Positions 52,922-64,000 of a stretch of DNA of 64,000 nucleotides are shown here, in pieces. Position 1 is the stretch's first letter. Every line of letters begins with the position of its first letter. The notes under the pieces were generated by a model, which ran no database searches, was not told the origin of the DNA, and saw nothing but the letters and a program-made list of their open reading frames with translations. Source of the stretch: Lama guanicoe (lineage: Eukaryota); contig MU053432.1 of assembly GCA_013239625.1 (NCBI GenBank), forward strand, positions 127,940-191,939, given 5' to 3'. Both the position numbers and the translations under genes were made by a program.

Positions 52922-54969
52922 TTATGATGTTTATTTTTGAAGCAGAAAATTTTCAAATTCCTTTACAGCATTGCTATTTAAATCTCACAGAAGACTTGTC
53001 TTCTAAATGACACACTTTGAAAAACGAGAAGAGCAGAAGTTAAGAGCAGACACTCCTAGGTTTGGATCCCAACACTTATCACTTCCTGGTTTGGACGATG
53101 AGAAAGTTAAACATCTCTGAGTTTCCCAACATGATCTCACTGAGATCTTGTTGGATTGTTGGGAGGACCAAATGCAGTGACATCTATAAATTGCCTTGCA
53201 CTGTATCTGGAAATCTGGATTTTAAAAGAGGTGGCCAGTGTTGACAATGCGGCCCAAGCAGTTTGGATGTGGGAAGAGATGATGTGATGACTGTAGAGTG
53301 AACTGGGGACAGGGACTGGCTTCTTGGAGAATAAGGACACCTGAAGTACTGAAGGGCACAGAGGAATGAAAAGAGGAGAAGGCAGCCCAGCAGGTGAAGG
53401 TACAGGACAAGCAGACAGTGATCCAGGCAAGAAGTCACACCTGGGGGGGGGGGTATTCCTAGTCCATCGCACATCCAAGGTGTGACTCATTCCCCACACA
53501 GGTTCCCCTTAGTGATACCTCACCCCACTGTCTTCATCTCTTTAGTGAATCCAGTGACACTCTAGAAGAGAGTGCATTCTCTTGGTCTCCCATGGTCTTG
53601 CCTTTAATGATCACCCACAGAAAGGTCCACTGAGGGTTAGGGCAGAGTCTTAGCAGGGTCTAAGTGAGCGCTTTGCCAAGCCTCTCTTGGAAGGTCATCT
53701 CAGAGCCCCATCACTATGTCAGGTGTAGGGACAGGACCAGGGAATCTAAGCAAATGGACAGCTTGCTTCTTCTCTCCGTAGTCTGGCTTGTTGGTTTGCT
53801 TGACATCTTAACTATCTTGACAAGATTTCTGCAAAGTTCCTTCAGACCACTTTTGTCAGGCAGAATTCTGTCTCTTGGCCAAAGAGATCCCCCCACTGGC
53901 CATGAGCAGTGTTCTTGCATTCTGGAGGCACTCATGTACCAACTGTGTAAAAGAGAGCAGTGCTTTGGGTGTGTGGAGAAGGGAGGAGGCAGAACCATGG
54001 GGAGGGCCTCTCTGCTTCTAGACATGTGATCCCCATGCAGACCACTGTAGGCTTTAAATACTTGTCGGGCTTTCTTGCTTGTGGTAGAAAGCCCCAGCTT
54101 TACAATTTAAGTATTGGTTCCACCCACACTTTAATGAAAGGCAACACCCCCCTCACCCCCGCAGCTGCCAACCCTATGCCGTTTGCCTCTTTCCCCAGAT
54201 AAAAATATTCAGGAAAAAAAATTCAGATACTGGGTAAGAGTTGCTCCATTCTTAGTCTTACCCATGCTTTCCTTTCATTCTCAGTGTTCTATCCAGGCAC
54301 TTTCCTAGGGCCAGCAGCTCTTCAAGGAAGTGAGTTACAGCTCCCAGAAGTAGCCAGTGGGGGCATACGTCTGTCCAGTGCTTTGAGATGTCACCAGGCA
54401 GATCTCCTTGTTTTGGTTTTAGCATCTGCCCTTGGCTAAATGCTGAGCTTTCTAATAGGCCCCCTTAATTATTGTGTGGGGGCGTGACTGAACTCTGGTG
54501 TTGTCTGGTTTGTTTAGGAAGGAAACAAAGTAAAGTCATGCAGCTTTTTCTTTCTTTTCCTTACTCATATTCTAGAGTTGATAATCAAGCAGCATTATTT
54601 ATAGAAGAACTTTGTCCTTCCATCTTAATAAGGTCTTCCCCCAACCTGAGTTTCTATGCAAAACTCTCATCCTTCCATCTGAACGATGGATTCATTAATC
54701 AGAGGGGAGGTAGATGCTCCCTGTAAGGAAAAGAGCTGTGATAGATTAGTGATGTCTGCCTTGAAAGCAGCATGGACAGGTGGCAAATGTACACCACATG
54801 TTTTTCATCCTTGGTCTGTAACTAACTAGCTTATGGAATTGCCTTTCCTATTATTCCTAGGATTACAGTTCAGCCCATTGTCTCTGTCCTTGGAACCTAT
54901 AGCTACCTTTGAAAGAAATCTATTTTTACCTGGGAAACTATATCTCATACCTTCATGCCACTCAACTTC

Positions 54970-55310
54970 CTGCGCTCAATCAAGAAATATTTATTGAGCC
55001 CCATTCATGTGTCAAATACTGTTCTAGGGCCCTGATGAAATAACAGTGAACAAGAAAGACAAGACCCTTCCCCTCATAGAGCTTATTTCCTAGAGAGGAA
55101 AATGATAAACAAGTACATACCTAAGAATATTTCAGGTAATAAGTGCCTTAAAGGAACAGAACATGCCCATGTGATAAGAGTGACTGGAAGGGGGTTTTGG
55201 TTTTGTTTTTGACATGAGAGAGACACTCTGGCATGCCTGTATGACACTGGGAAAATTGCTGTCTAGAAAGAGAAACGGATGATGCAGGAGAGAGAAGGAA
55301 CAATTACAGG
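54970..55310 (-). mobile_element. LINE-2 3' end
   Basis: aaatatttattgagc..tactgttctagg..ccctcatagagcttat. Confidence 0.7.
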
Positions 55311-55914
55311 AACCCTGTGGGTACTCCTTTCTCTTCTACATACACGTTCTTCACCAGAGCACATCAGTTTTTCTCTCTCCAGTTGATCTTTTATGGTTTG
55401 TGATCAACAGCTTCTCAGTGCTTCCAGTGTTCTTTTCCACCCTATAAGCCATGACCATTAGCTTCCCAAAGAAAGTCATGCATGAGGGTCTGAGGTGCCC
55501 ATATATCAAGTGTCTTCACGTAGGTTTTTTTCTGCTAGCTAGGCTCACTTGTAAGTTCTTAAAGTCAATTCAGCTGTCTAGCATGCCATCAACAAGGAAT
55601 GGTTTCCTTCTCTCATACTTCTTCAAGAGGATTCATTTTCTTGATCCGGGGAAAGTGAGAGATTCCCAGAACACCAAATCTCCAAATTTATGACCAGCTG
55701 CTCATCCTTCTATAAATTCCTGAGAAAATAAGTAAATTTAGTATTTATCACCAGAGGATTTTGGCCCCTAATTCCCACATGGATTTCCTAAACTTTGTGA
55801 ACTCAGCCAGGCCATGCACAGCCATAATAAAGTTTTTGAACCCCTTAGTCCAAAGTCCAGACTAAATCCAGGCCCAAACTTCATCTTGACCCAAGGAGTG
55901 GTGTCAAGTTGAAG

Positions 55915-56220
55915 TCTGACAGAAACAGACTCACAGACATAGTAAACAATCCTACCAGGGAAAAGGGGGTGGGAAGTGAAAAACTTGGGAGTTTAAGATT
56001 TGCAAATGTTAACCACATATCTAAAAATAGATTTAAAAAATTTGTCCTGTATAGTGCAGAGAACTATATTCAATATCTTGTAATAACCTTTAATGAAAAA
56101 ATATGAAAATGAATATATGCATATATATATGCATGACTGGGACATTATGCTGTGCGCCAGAAATTGACACATGGTAACTGATTATACTTCAGTAATGAAA
56201 AAATGTATATATATATTTTA
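55915..56220 (+). mobile_element. LINE-1 3'UTR fragment
   Basis: Matches the 3'UTR of the 24397-26646 copy (cagacatagtaaacaatc..gagtttragatttgcaaatg). Confidence 0.85.
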
Positions 56221-56858
56221 AAGTTTGAAGCAAGTAGTCGTTTAGAAGTGCTAGAAAACTTCTAGAACAGAGCCAGCCAAGGCCCAGAGTCCTTCATTAA
56301 GCCAGTTGCTCTAGAGGAAGAGGACCAAGAGCTAAGCAGTCTGGAAAGGAAGAAGCTAGAGGAATGGCAACAGGAAAAAGGAACTGACACAGAAAAGCTT
56401 TTAATCCTTTACCGCGTCTACCACTGTAGCCGGATTGTTTCCTGGACTTTGACGCCTATCAGGGCTCCTCTTTTCCTTCTCTTCTTCCTCTTCCTCCAGG
56501 TCTTCCTTTCCCCGTATCCAATGTGTACACGAAAGGTTTGGCCGAGAGGTTCGCTGGCCCTTCCTGGAGATGTGAGCATGCCATCAGCATAAAGCTGACC
56601 ATTTGCGATTGAGACAGTCAGATTCCTCATTTTGGCACGTTGCTTCTTTAGCAACTCCTCCCAGAAAGGGTCCTTTATATTTTCTTGCTCTTACGTTCTA
56701 GATGTGAGATTATGACCTGGATCCCTGAGATCTGCACCTTATCACAAGGCACTTCTGACATTTTATGGAGGAATGGCTGGGAAGTACAAAAGATGAGCTC
56801 ATTCAGAAACTTTCCATTTGTTATGGGTAAAGATCTTAATTGGAAATGTCTCCTTGTG

Positions 56859-57030
56859 GAGGCAGGAGGTGTAGAGCTCGGGTAGTAGAGCGCATGTTTA
56901 GCATGCATGAGGCCTTGGATTCAATCCCCAGGACCTCCTCTAAAAATAAACAGTAAAACCTCATTACCTCTCCCTGCCAAAAAATAAAGTAATACGACAA
57001 TAAATTAATTTATTTTTTTAAAAAGAAAGA
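56859..57030 (+). mobile_element. tRNA-Ala-derived SINE (Vic-1-like)
   Basis: TSD aaatrtctccttgtg at 56844-56858 and 57031-57045. Confidence 0.9.
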
Positions 57031-58437
57031 AAATATCTCCTTGTGCAGTGTTTAAATTCTCATAGCCCGAAGAACAACTCCAGTTTCTTTGCTTCACATC
57101 CTAACCTTAACCTGTGTTAATTAATCTTGTCAGGTAAAATCTATTTTTGGTGACCTCTCTTGGACAATTGATTTCTGTACCCAGATGCCAATTAAACAAA
57201 AGCAAGCCACCATATTTGTCAAATGTTTCTTAAGCATGTTCAACAAGGACCAAATGAAAAATCACAACCCAAAACTATCCCATTTGTATCAAACAAATTA
57301 TGTTATCACGATCTACCCCACATTAACTCAAGGGGAATTTCCTTAGCATTGGGAAATACATCAAAGGTTTATATCTCCTGTAGGAACAACGTTTTTAAAT
57401 TTAAAAAATAGCTTAGAATGTAACATAGTTATTGTTCAAATCATATTTCATTCTTATTACTAATCACAAGATTAAAGTGTTAATTATTGGATTTAATCTT
57501 AAGCTAAATAAATATTACTCTGACTTTAAGGGGGACAGAAAGCAAGAGAATGATAAGCACAAAAATGGGACAGACATTCTCTCTTGGTGGTAGGAAGTCA
57601 GCGGCATCTTCAACAGAATGAGTAATATTCTAGGTTATATATTCAGTGGTACCCTCACAGATTTGCTATCACCAGGCTTTATCATGTACCAAAATGTTGC
57701 ATAACACTTTTTTATATAGAGCAAATGTTACATAAAAAATGTTCCAGCCTGAGTTATAAGCAAAGAATGCATTATTTTTTTCTTGGACAGGATACCATTA
57801 TTTTAAACACAAAATTCAAATACATTGTTCTAGTTTTCTGGCTTATTCCCAGCAGGATTTTTTTTTTTTAAGATTTTCAGGAGTTGGATTCACATGTTAA
57901 TTAATTCCTAAGGTAAAAGATATTTTTGGAGACTTCTTTTGACCAATTTAATTCTACTATCAGGTGCTAGTTGGATAAAAGCAAGCTGCCATATTTGTTA
58001 GTGTGTTCATTTCAAATGTTTGGTGCAATTTTCTATGTTCTGCTGTTTCTAAGGTGTTAGAATGAATGTGTTCATGTTCGACTTTCCACTCAATTAGTGG
58101 CCTTTTTTATTATAGATTTATGAAAGCTCTTTTTATATACAAATGTTTCTCCTGTTTTTCATTTGCTAATTATGTTTAATTTTTTTACTTATAAAAAATT
58201 TTACTCCTTAAATTATACACCAAGATTCCATGATTTCAAATTTGATTTGTCATTCTCCTTTAAGTCTGAAGAACACAATTACATAATTTATTAAGTTCCA
58301 AAGAAATAACATTTAGTCTGAAGTCCCACACTCATAAGAATTAACTGTTCCTGCCTCAGGATACCTGCAGTAAACTTTTAAGTCCACACTAAGACACAAA
58401 AATAAACTAGGATGTGTATGTCATATAAAAAACTTTT

Positions 58438-58612
58438 CAGATAAACAACAAGGTCCTACTGTATAGCACAGGGAACTATATTCAATACCTTGTAATGGCC
58501 TATAATGAAAAGGAATATATATATATGTATGTGTGTGTAACTGAATCACTATGCTGTACACCAGAAATTAATACAACCTTGTAAATCAACTGTACTTCAA
58601 TTTAAAAAAAGA
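58438..58612 (+). mobile_element. Short LINE-1 3'UTR fragment
   Basis: agataaacaacaagg..tagcacagggaactatattcaata, shared with other L1 3' ends in the window. Confidence 0.85.
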
Positions 58613-59130
58613 ATTTAAAAAACCATTTCACAGTGTACTGTGAAAAATAACATTAAAATGTTACCAAATTTCAACAATATTATTCATGGTGTTTACCCAA
58701 TTAGGTTTCAAAATGCCTGATCAACTGAATTAAATGCAAATAACTTCACAGAGGCTCTTTAAAAAGTTTTCCCAAAATTTTGAAATGTTTATTGAATTAA
58801 TATAACTTTTAAGATGTCGAAGTGTGCTATACATATTGTATTTTCTGCTAGGCTGAGCTAGTATCTTCCATGACAAGATGTGAAAACTATTGACTAGAAT
58901 TCACTTTAAGATCAATAGGTACTTGATTAATTTCCCTGAAACTGTCAACATCATTACCAAAACCATCCAGGATTTTGTAAGATTTGATTATTCAAATACA
59001 GTTTTAATTTAAGAAGGGAAAAAAAGCTCTCATATATTAATGTGAAAACGTTTTTAGCTCTTAAAATTAGATTATCAATCTTCTTCTTTGTTATTTTGGG
59101 TTTTTGGTTTTTTGTTGTTGTTGTTGTTTT

Positions 59131-62100
59131 TAATTGAACTCATGTTTAATAATTACAGGCACCGTGCCCCTCTTCCCCCTGCCCAGGCAGCACCAGGGGT
59201 GGTGCAGGGGCTGGAGCATATGCCCAGCAGTGAGGATGGCAGTCCCAAGAGTGATTTTCAGAAAATAAAAAAAGACCCCAGGGGCAAGCAGTGGTGCCCG
59301 CCCCCCCACCACCACCAAGATACACCGAATTTCAAGACTTTATATACATCTCTGCGCCCCAAGGGGAGGAGAAGGACACCTGGCAGCATCCTGGAGGTGT
59401 GGCCCCAGGCAGCCCCAAGCCATCCTGCCTCTTCAGCCACTTTATTAGCTCAGACACATGGCACCACAGGCACCCACTGCCACTGCAGCTGCTGCCGCCC
59501 CTCTTGCAGTCCGGGAGGCTGACTTGGCCGTCTGAGGGTCCATGGGGCTCCAAGTCCCCGGCCCCCCAACCCTCAGTTGCGGTCAGACTCCTCCTCCTCT
59601 GCCTCACGAAGCCATTTGAAGAAAGCTGGGACAGATTTAAGGGCCACGCCCTTGCCCTGCTGCTCAGCGGGGTCCTTGCTACTCTCCCAGCTATAGAAGG
59701 CATCCTCCTTCACCGCATCCTCGTCACACAACGCATCAAAGAAAGTCCAAAGCAGGTTGGCAGGCTGTTCTATGGTCACTGCAAGGGCCTGGAGGGTATA
59801 AAGTGCCTGCAACTCCTTCTGCTCATCACACAGGTATTTCTGTAGCAGTTTCGCGCGCGCTTTCAGCACCGCAACGTCCACTCGGAGAGGAGTCTCAAAG
59901 ATAATTGCGGAATAGCAGACAGTTGTCATGAGGGCTCGAACTAGTGTGTTGGATGCTACCTGCTGCGCACTCAGGTTGGCCTCTATCCAGTCAAACACCC
60001 GCTGGTCACTGCTGCTCTCCTTCAGCAGCTTCAGCTGCCCGCTCAGCTCCTCGGAGGAGAGCAGCCTCTGGCCCGGGGATTCTGACTCCTCTCCCAGGGT
60101 GGACTCCAGCTTCTGTGCAGTGACGAATGCACCGACATCCTGGCCTTCAGGTAGAAATTCCTTCCAGCTGAGTCCAGCCTCTCGCCACAGCATCCCCACC
60201 TTTTTGGGACCCGTACTTTTGCACAGGAGCCCCAGGATCTCTAGCAACAGGGAAGCAGTCTTGCCCAGGGGTCTCAGAGGTTTTGTTAATTCTGCTGAAC
60301 GGCTTCCCCATGGGCACCCCACTATCCTGCAGAATGGGTGTTACCAGTTCTGCTAGGTAGAGCCACTCGTGAGGGATGCCAATTTCCATGTCTTCAGCCA
60401 ATTCCAGGACTTCATACAGCCCTTGGCAGTACTGAGCAGCGGAGAGGTGCCCGGCACAGAGCAGCTGGTGCAGCAGCCGCCCCAGTGTGGGCTCAATGCC
60501 GTGCCGCACGAAGGTGAAGAGCAGCGAGGGCGAGGCCAACTCCTGCACACACTGCACTGCCTCCTTCATGTCATTGAGATGGAGGTATTCTTCAGTGATG
60601 GCCCTGGATTTCTTCTCCAGCTCCTCTTCAGAGAGCTTTGCCTTCAGGGAGCTCACCTGAGGCAGGGCAGCTTCTTGCTTCACAGCACCCCACCCACGGC
60701 CCCGATCCTCCCCTAAGGCTGGCTGCCTTGCACAGTCCCTCAGGCCGGGAGGGCCGCTCTCTACTCCACTCCTCCACCTCCTTGCTGAAGCTCCGCTTGG
60801 TGGCGGGTGTCCATGCATGATCAAGCCGGTCCCTACGGTCACCTCCCCCTTCACTCCGCTCCAGGCAGTCTCCTCGGTCCCCAGCTTTCCCACCTCGTCC
60901 CCAGCTTAAGCTACTCCTCTGTACCACACGTCTGTTATCTGTGCTCTCTGTAGGAACTGCTTGTTGAAGGACTGAGAAGCGATTCAAGGTACTGGACGAG
61001 CAGCTTCTGATGCTGGATGGGAGGGCTTGGCAAGGGCACTGCTGCCCTTGCCCCAGCTCAATCGCCTTCCAGGTACAAAAAGCTGGTTGTTAGAATCAAT
61101 GAAGCCAGGCTTCGTGATCTTGATAAGTCATGTGGTTTCAATAGGGCAGCTGCCCTTGCTGATGGGGACTGTGTTCCAGCCACCGTCATTCACAAGTGGA
61201 AGGCCACGGCTGATGGGGGGGCCTGGAGGGCCACCCCAACGCTTATCGCTGCCCTTGGTCATTAGCTGCTGCACTTTTATGTGCTCCCGATGCTCCCCCA
61301 TCTCAGCCTCCTTGTGGATCTGGTCAGTTGTCTTGGGACTTGGTCCCCTCGGCTTGACACCCAATTGCTCCGTCGCAGATCCAGTACATCTTGCAGCATA
61401 AAGCGGATTCGGGATGAAGTCTTCTTTTCCTTAATGATTTTTTTCATCTGGTTGAAATACTGATCCATTCAGGGCTTGGCCTTTTCAAAGTCCAGGACTT
61501 TGCCAATGACAGTGAGCAGACCGCAAAGGCGTTCAAGGGACTCTTCGTCGTGGTTCTTAAGTCGTTTAACCACGCAGTCATGCATGATCGCCTCCGCTAA
61601 CATCTTCAGTTTGAACAACTCCCCGATGAACTTTATGTTCCCTAAAGAGCGCCGCCAGGCAATGTCTCAAGCCTCTTCCAGCTCTTCCTTCAGGCGTCCC
61701 CATTCCTCTGCCGTAGCAGCTTCATGCATCTCTTTTTGCTCCCTCTCAAAAACCTCATCATCATCTTTGTCCTTTTCAAACTCCTTTTGACATTGATTCA
61801 ACAACAGTTTCCCGAAGTTCACAGTCACTGTTGGCTTTTCTGCAGTGGGCACTTTCAGCGCCGTGACACAGCGGCAGATGTTGGCATAGGCCACTGAGTA
61901 GTTGGGCTCTGAAATGGCCTTCTTGAAGATGAGGTCAATGACCCCTTCGAGGCATTCCTCTGTGTCGATGGTCAGCTGCATCACTTGCTTTATCAGCTGC
62001 TGGAACATCTGGGGTGTCAGCTTATTCAAGATGGAGCGCACCCTGCGGAACAGGTCCTGGGTTTTGCTACCATCAGCATCCTCTTCCCCTCGGTCCTTAA

Positions 62101-64000
62101 CAGCTGCTGTCCGCTTGCTGCTGGGTTTCCAGGCCTTCTCTGCTTTGTTCATCTTTTTATCTTCAGTTGTTGACACTGTGGCAGTAATCTTGCATGGTTC
62201 CTTTTGGGGCTTCTGCTGAGAACGCCGGGGTCCCAGACTAGCCTGCGGCCCTCGGGATAGCTCCCCACCTGGCCCACCCCTTGGGGGCCCACGGTTGCTA
62301 AGGGCTGGTCGGCCAAGGTTGGCAAGGACAGAGTGAAGTCTGGGCCACAATTTATGCCTTGAAGTCCAGCAGGATCCAGTGGCCGCAATGGTGTCTTATT
62401 GGCCTTATCCAACACCACGTCACTGCTATGGGGCAACCCCTCTGGCTTCTGCACACATACCGGCAAATGTGAACTGAAAGCCAAGCAGGAACGCACGGTC
62501 ATAACGCTTTTTCTCCTCACGATTTAGAGGCTTCCACTGATCTGACTTATATTCATACTTCTGTTCCCCGGGCTGAATGTTCTCAGCATTTTGAATCTTG
62601 TCTTCCTTTGAGTCCCAGGTCTCATCTGCCTCCTCAGGCCGTGGGGGGGCACACCGCTGCCCTCAGGCTCTGGGCTGGACTTACTGCCTACGGGAGGCTG
62701 GTTTTCCACTTCTGGTACTCCTGGGTTCACCTTCTTGAAAGCATCCAGAAGGTCTCCTGCAGTCTCCTTGTTGAGCTCCTTAGTCTTCCGTCTCCTCTTT
62801 GGCACAGATGCTGCCACTTGGGTGGCTGCTGCTGCCTCCAAATTCTGGAACTGGCGGGCGGGGAGAGGGGTGCTCTCTGGGGGGAGTGGTTCCTCTCCAC
62901 CCTTCTCACTCTCAGGTTCTCCTGCTTCTTCCTCTTCTTCCTCTTCCTCTGCATCCTCCTCCTGAGCAGGGGAGGCAGCTGAGGGAGCCACAGCTGGAGT
63001 GGCAGAAAGGACAGTAGGGGGAGCCACTGATGCTGTAGCCTCCTTGGTCTGCTCCTCTTGCTCCCTGACGGGGCTTAAGCCCACAGCTGGTGTTGAGGGG
63101 CTTCCGCTGAGCAGTTCCTCGGGTTGGGCAGTTGGAGCAACAGGCATGGGGGATCCAGAGGGACAAACCGAGGGAGGGAGAGGGGCAAGCTCCGGGCTTG
63201 ACTCCGCCTCTGGTTCCAAATCTTCAGATGGGACTGTGCCATTAGGCTCAGGAAGAAGTTCCACCTTGTGAGATGCCAGGGGATGGGAACCTGGAGAGGC
63301 CTGGAAGAGAACTCAGATTCTGGAGCTGGTTTGCTAAGCATCACTGCTACTTCCAGTATGGGTTCAGCAAAGGGGCAGGCTCTGGAGAGAGGCAGCATGG
63401 CTCCCCAGGGTCACAAGGCATGGGGGTCGTTGATTCTTCTATAGACATTTGTTCCATCCCGTTTTCATAGTGTCCCCAGGAGTAGACCCCAGGACTGCAA
63501 CATTAGGCTCAGACCCCGGTTCCAAGACTGGGAGTGGTGATGGGGTCGGAGAAGGTGATGAAGGCTGGGATTCTGAAGGGCTATGTTCTGGGCCAGGCAG
63601 CCCTGGCCCGTCCCCAGTGATTGCTCCCTGCAACCGGTCATCTGGCCGGACAATGACAGCGAGCTGGGGAATCTCCCCATTAGCCTGAGGCTCCAGAGCC
63701 CCTCCCACCTGGGGAAGAGTGAGCGTGGAGGCGGTGCGGGCCCTAGACATGGTCTCCCCTGTGATACCCTGCCCTTCTTGATTCAGATCTCGAATTCGGA
63801 TCGTCTTCCACTCCCTGTTGGGTGCAATCTGGGGTGGCTGGTTCATCAAAACCGGGGTGGGGGGCCACACCAGTGGGAAATTGCTGCACACCCTGGGCTG
63901 GGTGGTAGGCACCAGCATTGGTCCCAAACTCTGCAGGGCTTGTGCCTGGATAGAAGCTTGGGGCTCCCGGCTGCACAGGATGCTGCTGTGTCAGGACAAC
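59131..64000 (-). pseudogene. EIF4G1: Processed pseudogene of eukaryotic translation initiation factor 4 gamma 1; 5' end lies outside the window
   Basis: Collinear, intronless fragments: PABP-binding-like KTIRIRD segment (~63800), eIF4E-binding motif [10 protein letters not shown] (~62480-62512), MIF4G ([19 protein letters not shown]), MA3 ([22 protein letters not shown]) and W2 C-terminus ([16 protein letters not shown], stop at 59573-59575). These are followed by 3'UTR, ATTAAA (~59146-59151) and a degenerate poly(A) tail (~59083-59130). Many frameshifts and stops (e.g. KP*MDQYF at ~61470). Confidence 0.97.

Noticed and set aside
1805..57030. Ten tRNA-Ala(AGC)-like sequences as tRNA genes
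   Set aside because: All have the shared SINE tail and mutated stems, and most have visible TSDs; they are SINE copies.
5400..57400. Apparent cluster of DCAF8-like WD40 pseudogene remnants on the minus strand (~5.4-6.0, 8.2-8.7, 15.5-18.4, 22.2-24.3, 55.3-57.4 kb; e.g. RHQPVL, SPCEILEA..DLEQ, DIWAP)
   Set aside because: Hand-scoring two of the best-looking segments against DCAF8 as recalled gave values expected by chance, and the alignments needed many gaps and frameshifts. I treat it as pattern overfitting unless a tblastn or HMM search says otherwise.
59088..63688. Plus-strand ORFs over the EIF4G1 region
   Set aside because: Antisense shadows of GC-rich pseudogene sequence.
1..64000. CRISPR arrays, operons or other prokaryotic systems
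   Set aside because: The sequence is mammalian and I saw no repeat-spacer array.

Overview
Mammalian genomic DNA, most likely camelid (inferred from ten copies of a tRNA-Ala(AGC)-derived, Vic-1-like SINE). The window is repeat-dense and looks intergenic or intronic; I found no supportable intact host gene or exon. It holds two minus-strand processed pseudogenes: PPP1R14B (14355-15135, with target-site duplication, TSD) and a long EIF4G1 copy (59131 to beyond the window end). It also holds 5'-truncated LINE-1 copies of several ages, one with an uninterrupted 540-codon ORF2 3' part, plus solo LTRs, L2, MIR, hAT MITEs and microsatellites. The notable items concern retrotransposition mechanics: a tailless L1-5'UTR-like insertion with TSD, a poly(A)-only insertion with a 16-bp TSD, an L1 internal inversion with a younger L1 at its breakpoint, and a CpG-rich decayed retrocopy. 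One old, repeat-poor stretch (about 14-18.4 kb) remains unidentified. I found no convincing novel biological system. Repeat-family names and reference proteins come from memory, not from a database search, and boundaries of old repeats are approximate.
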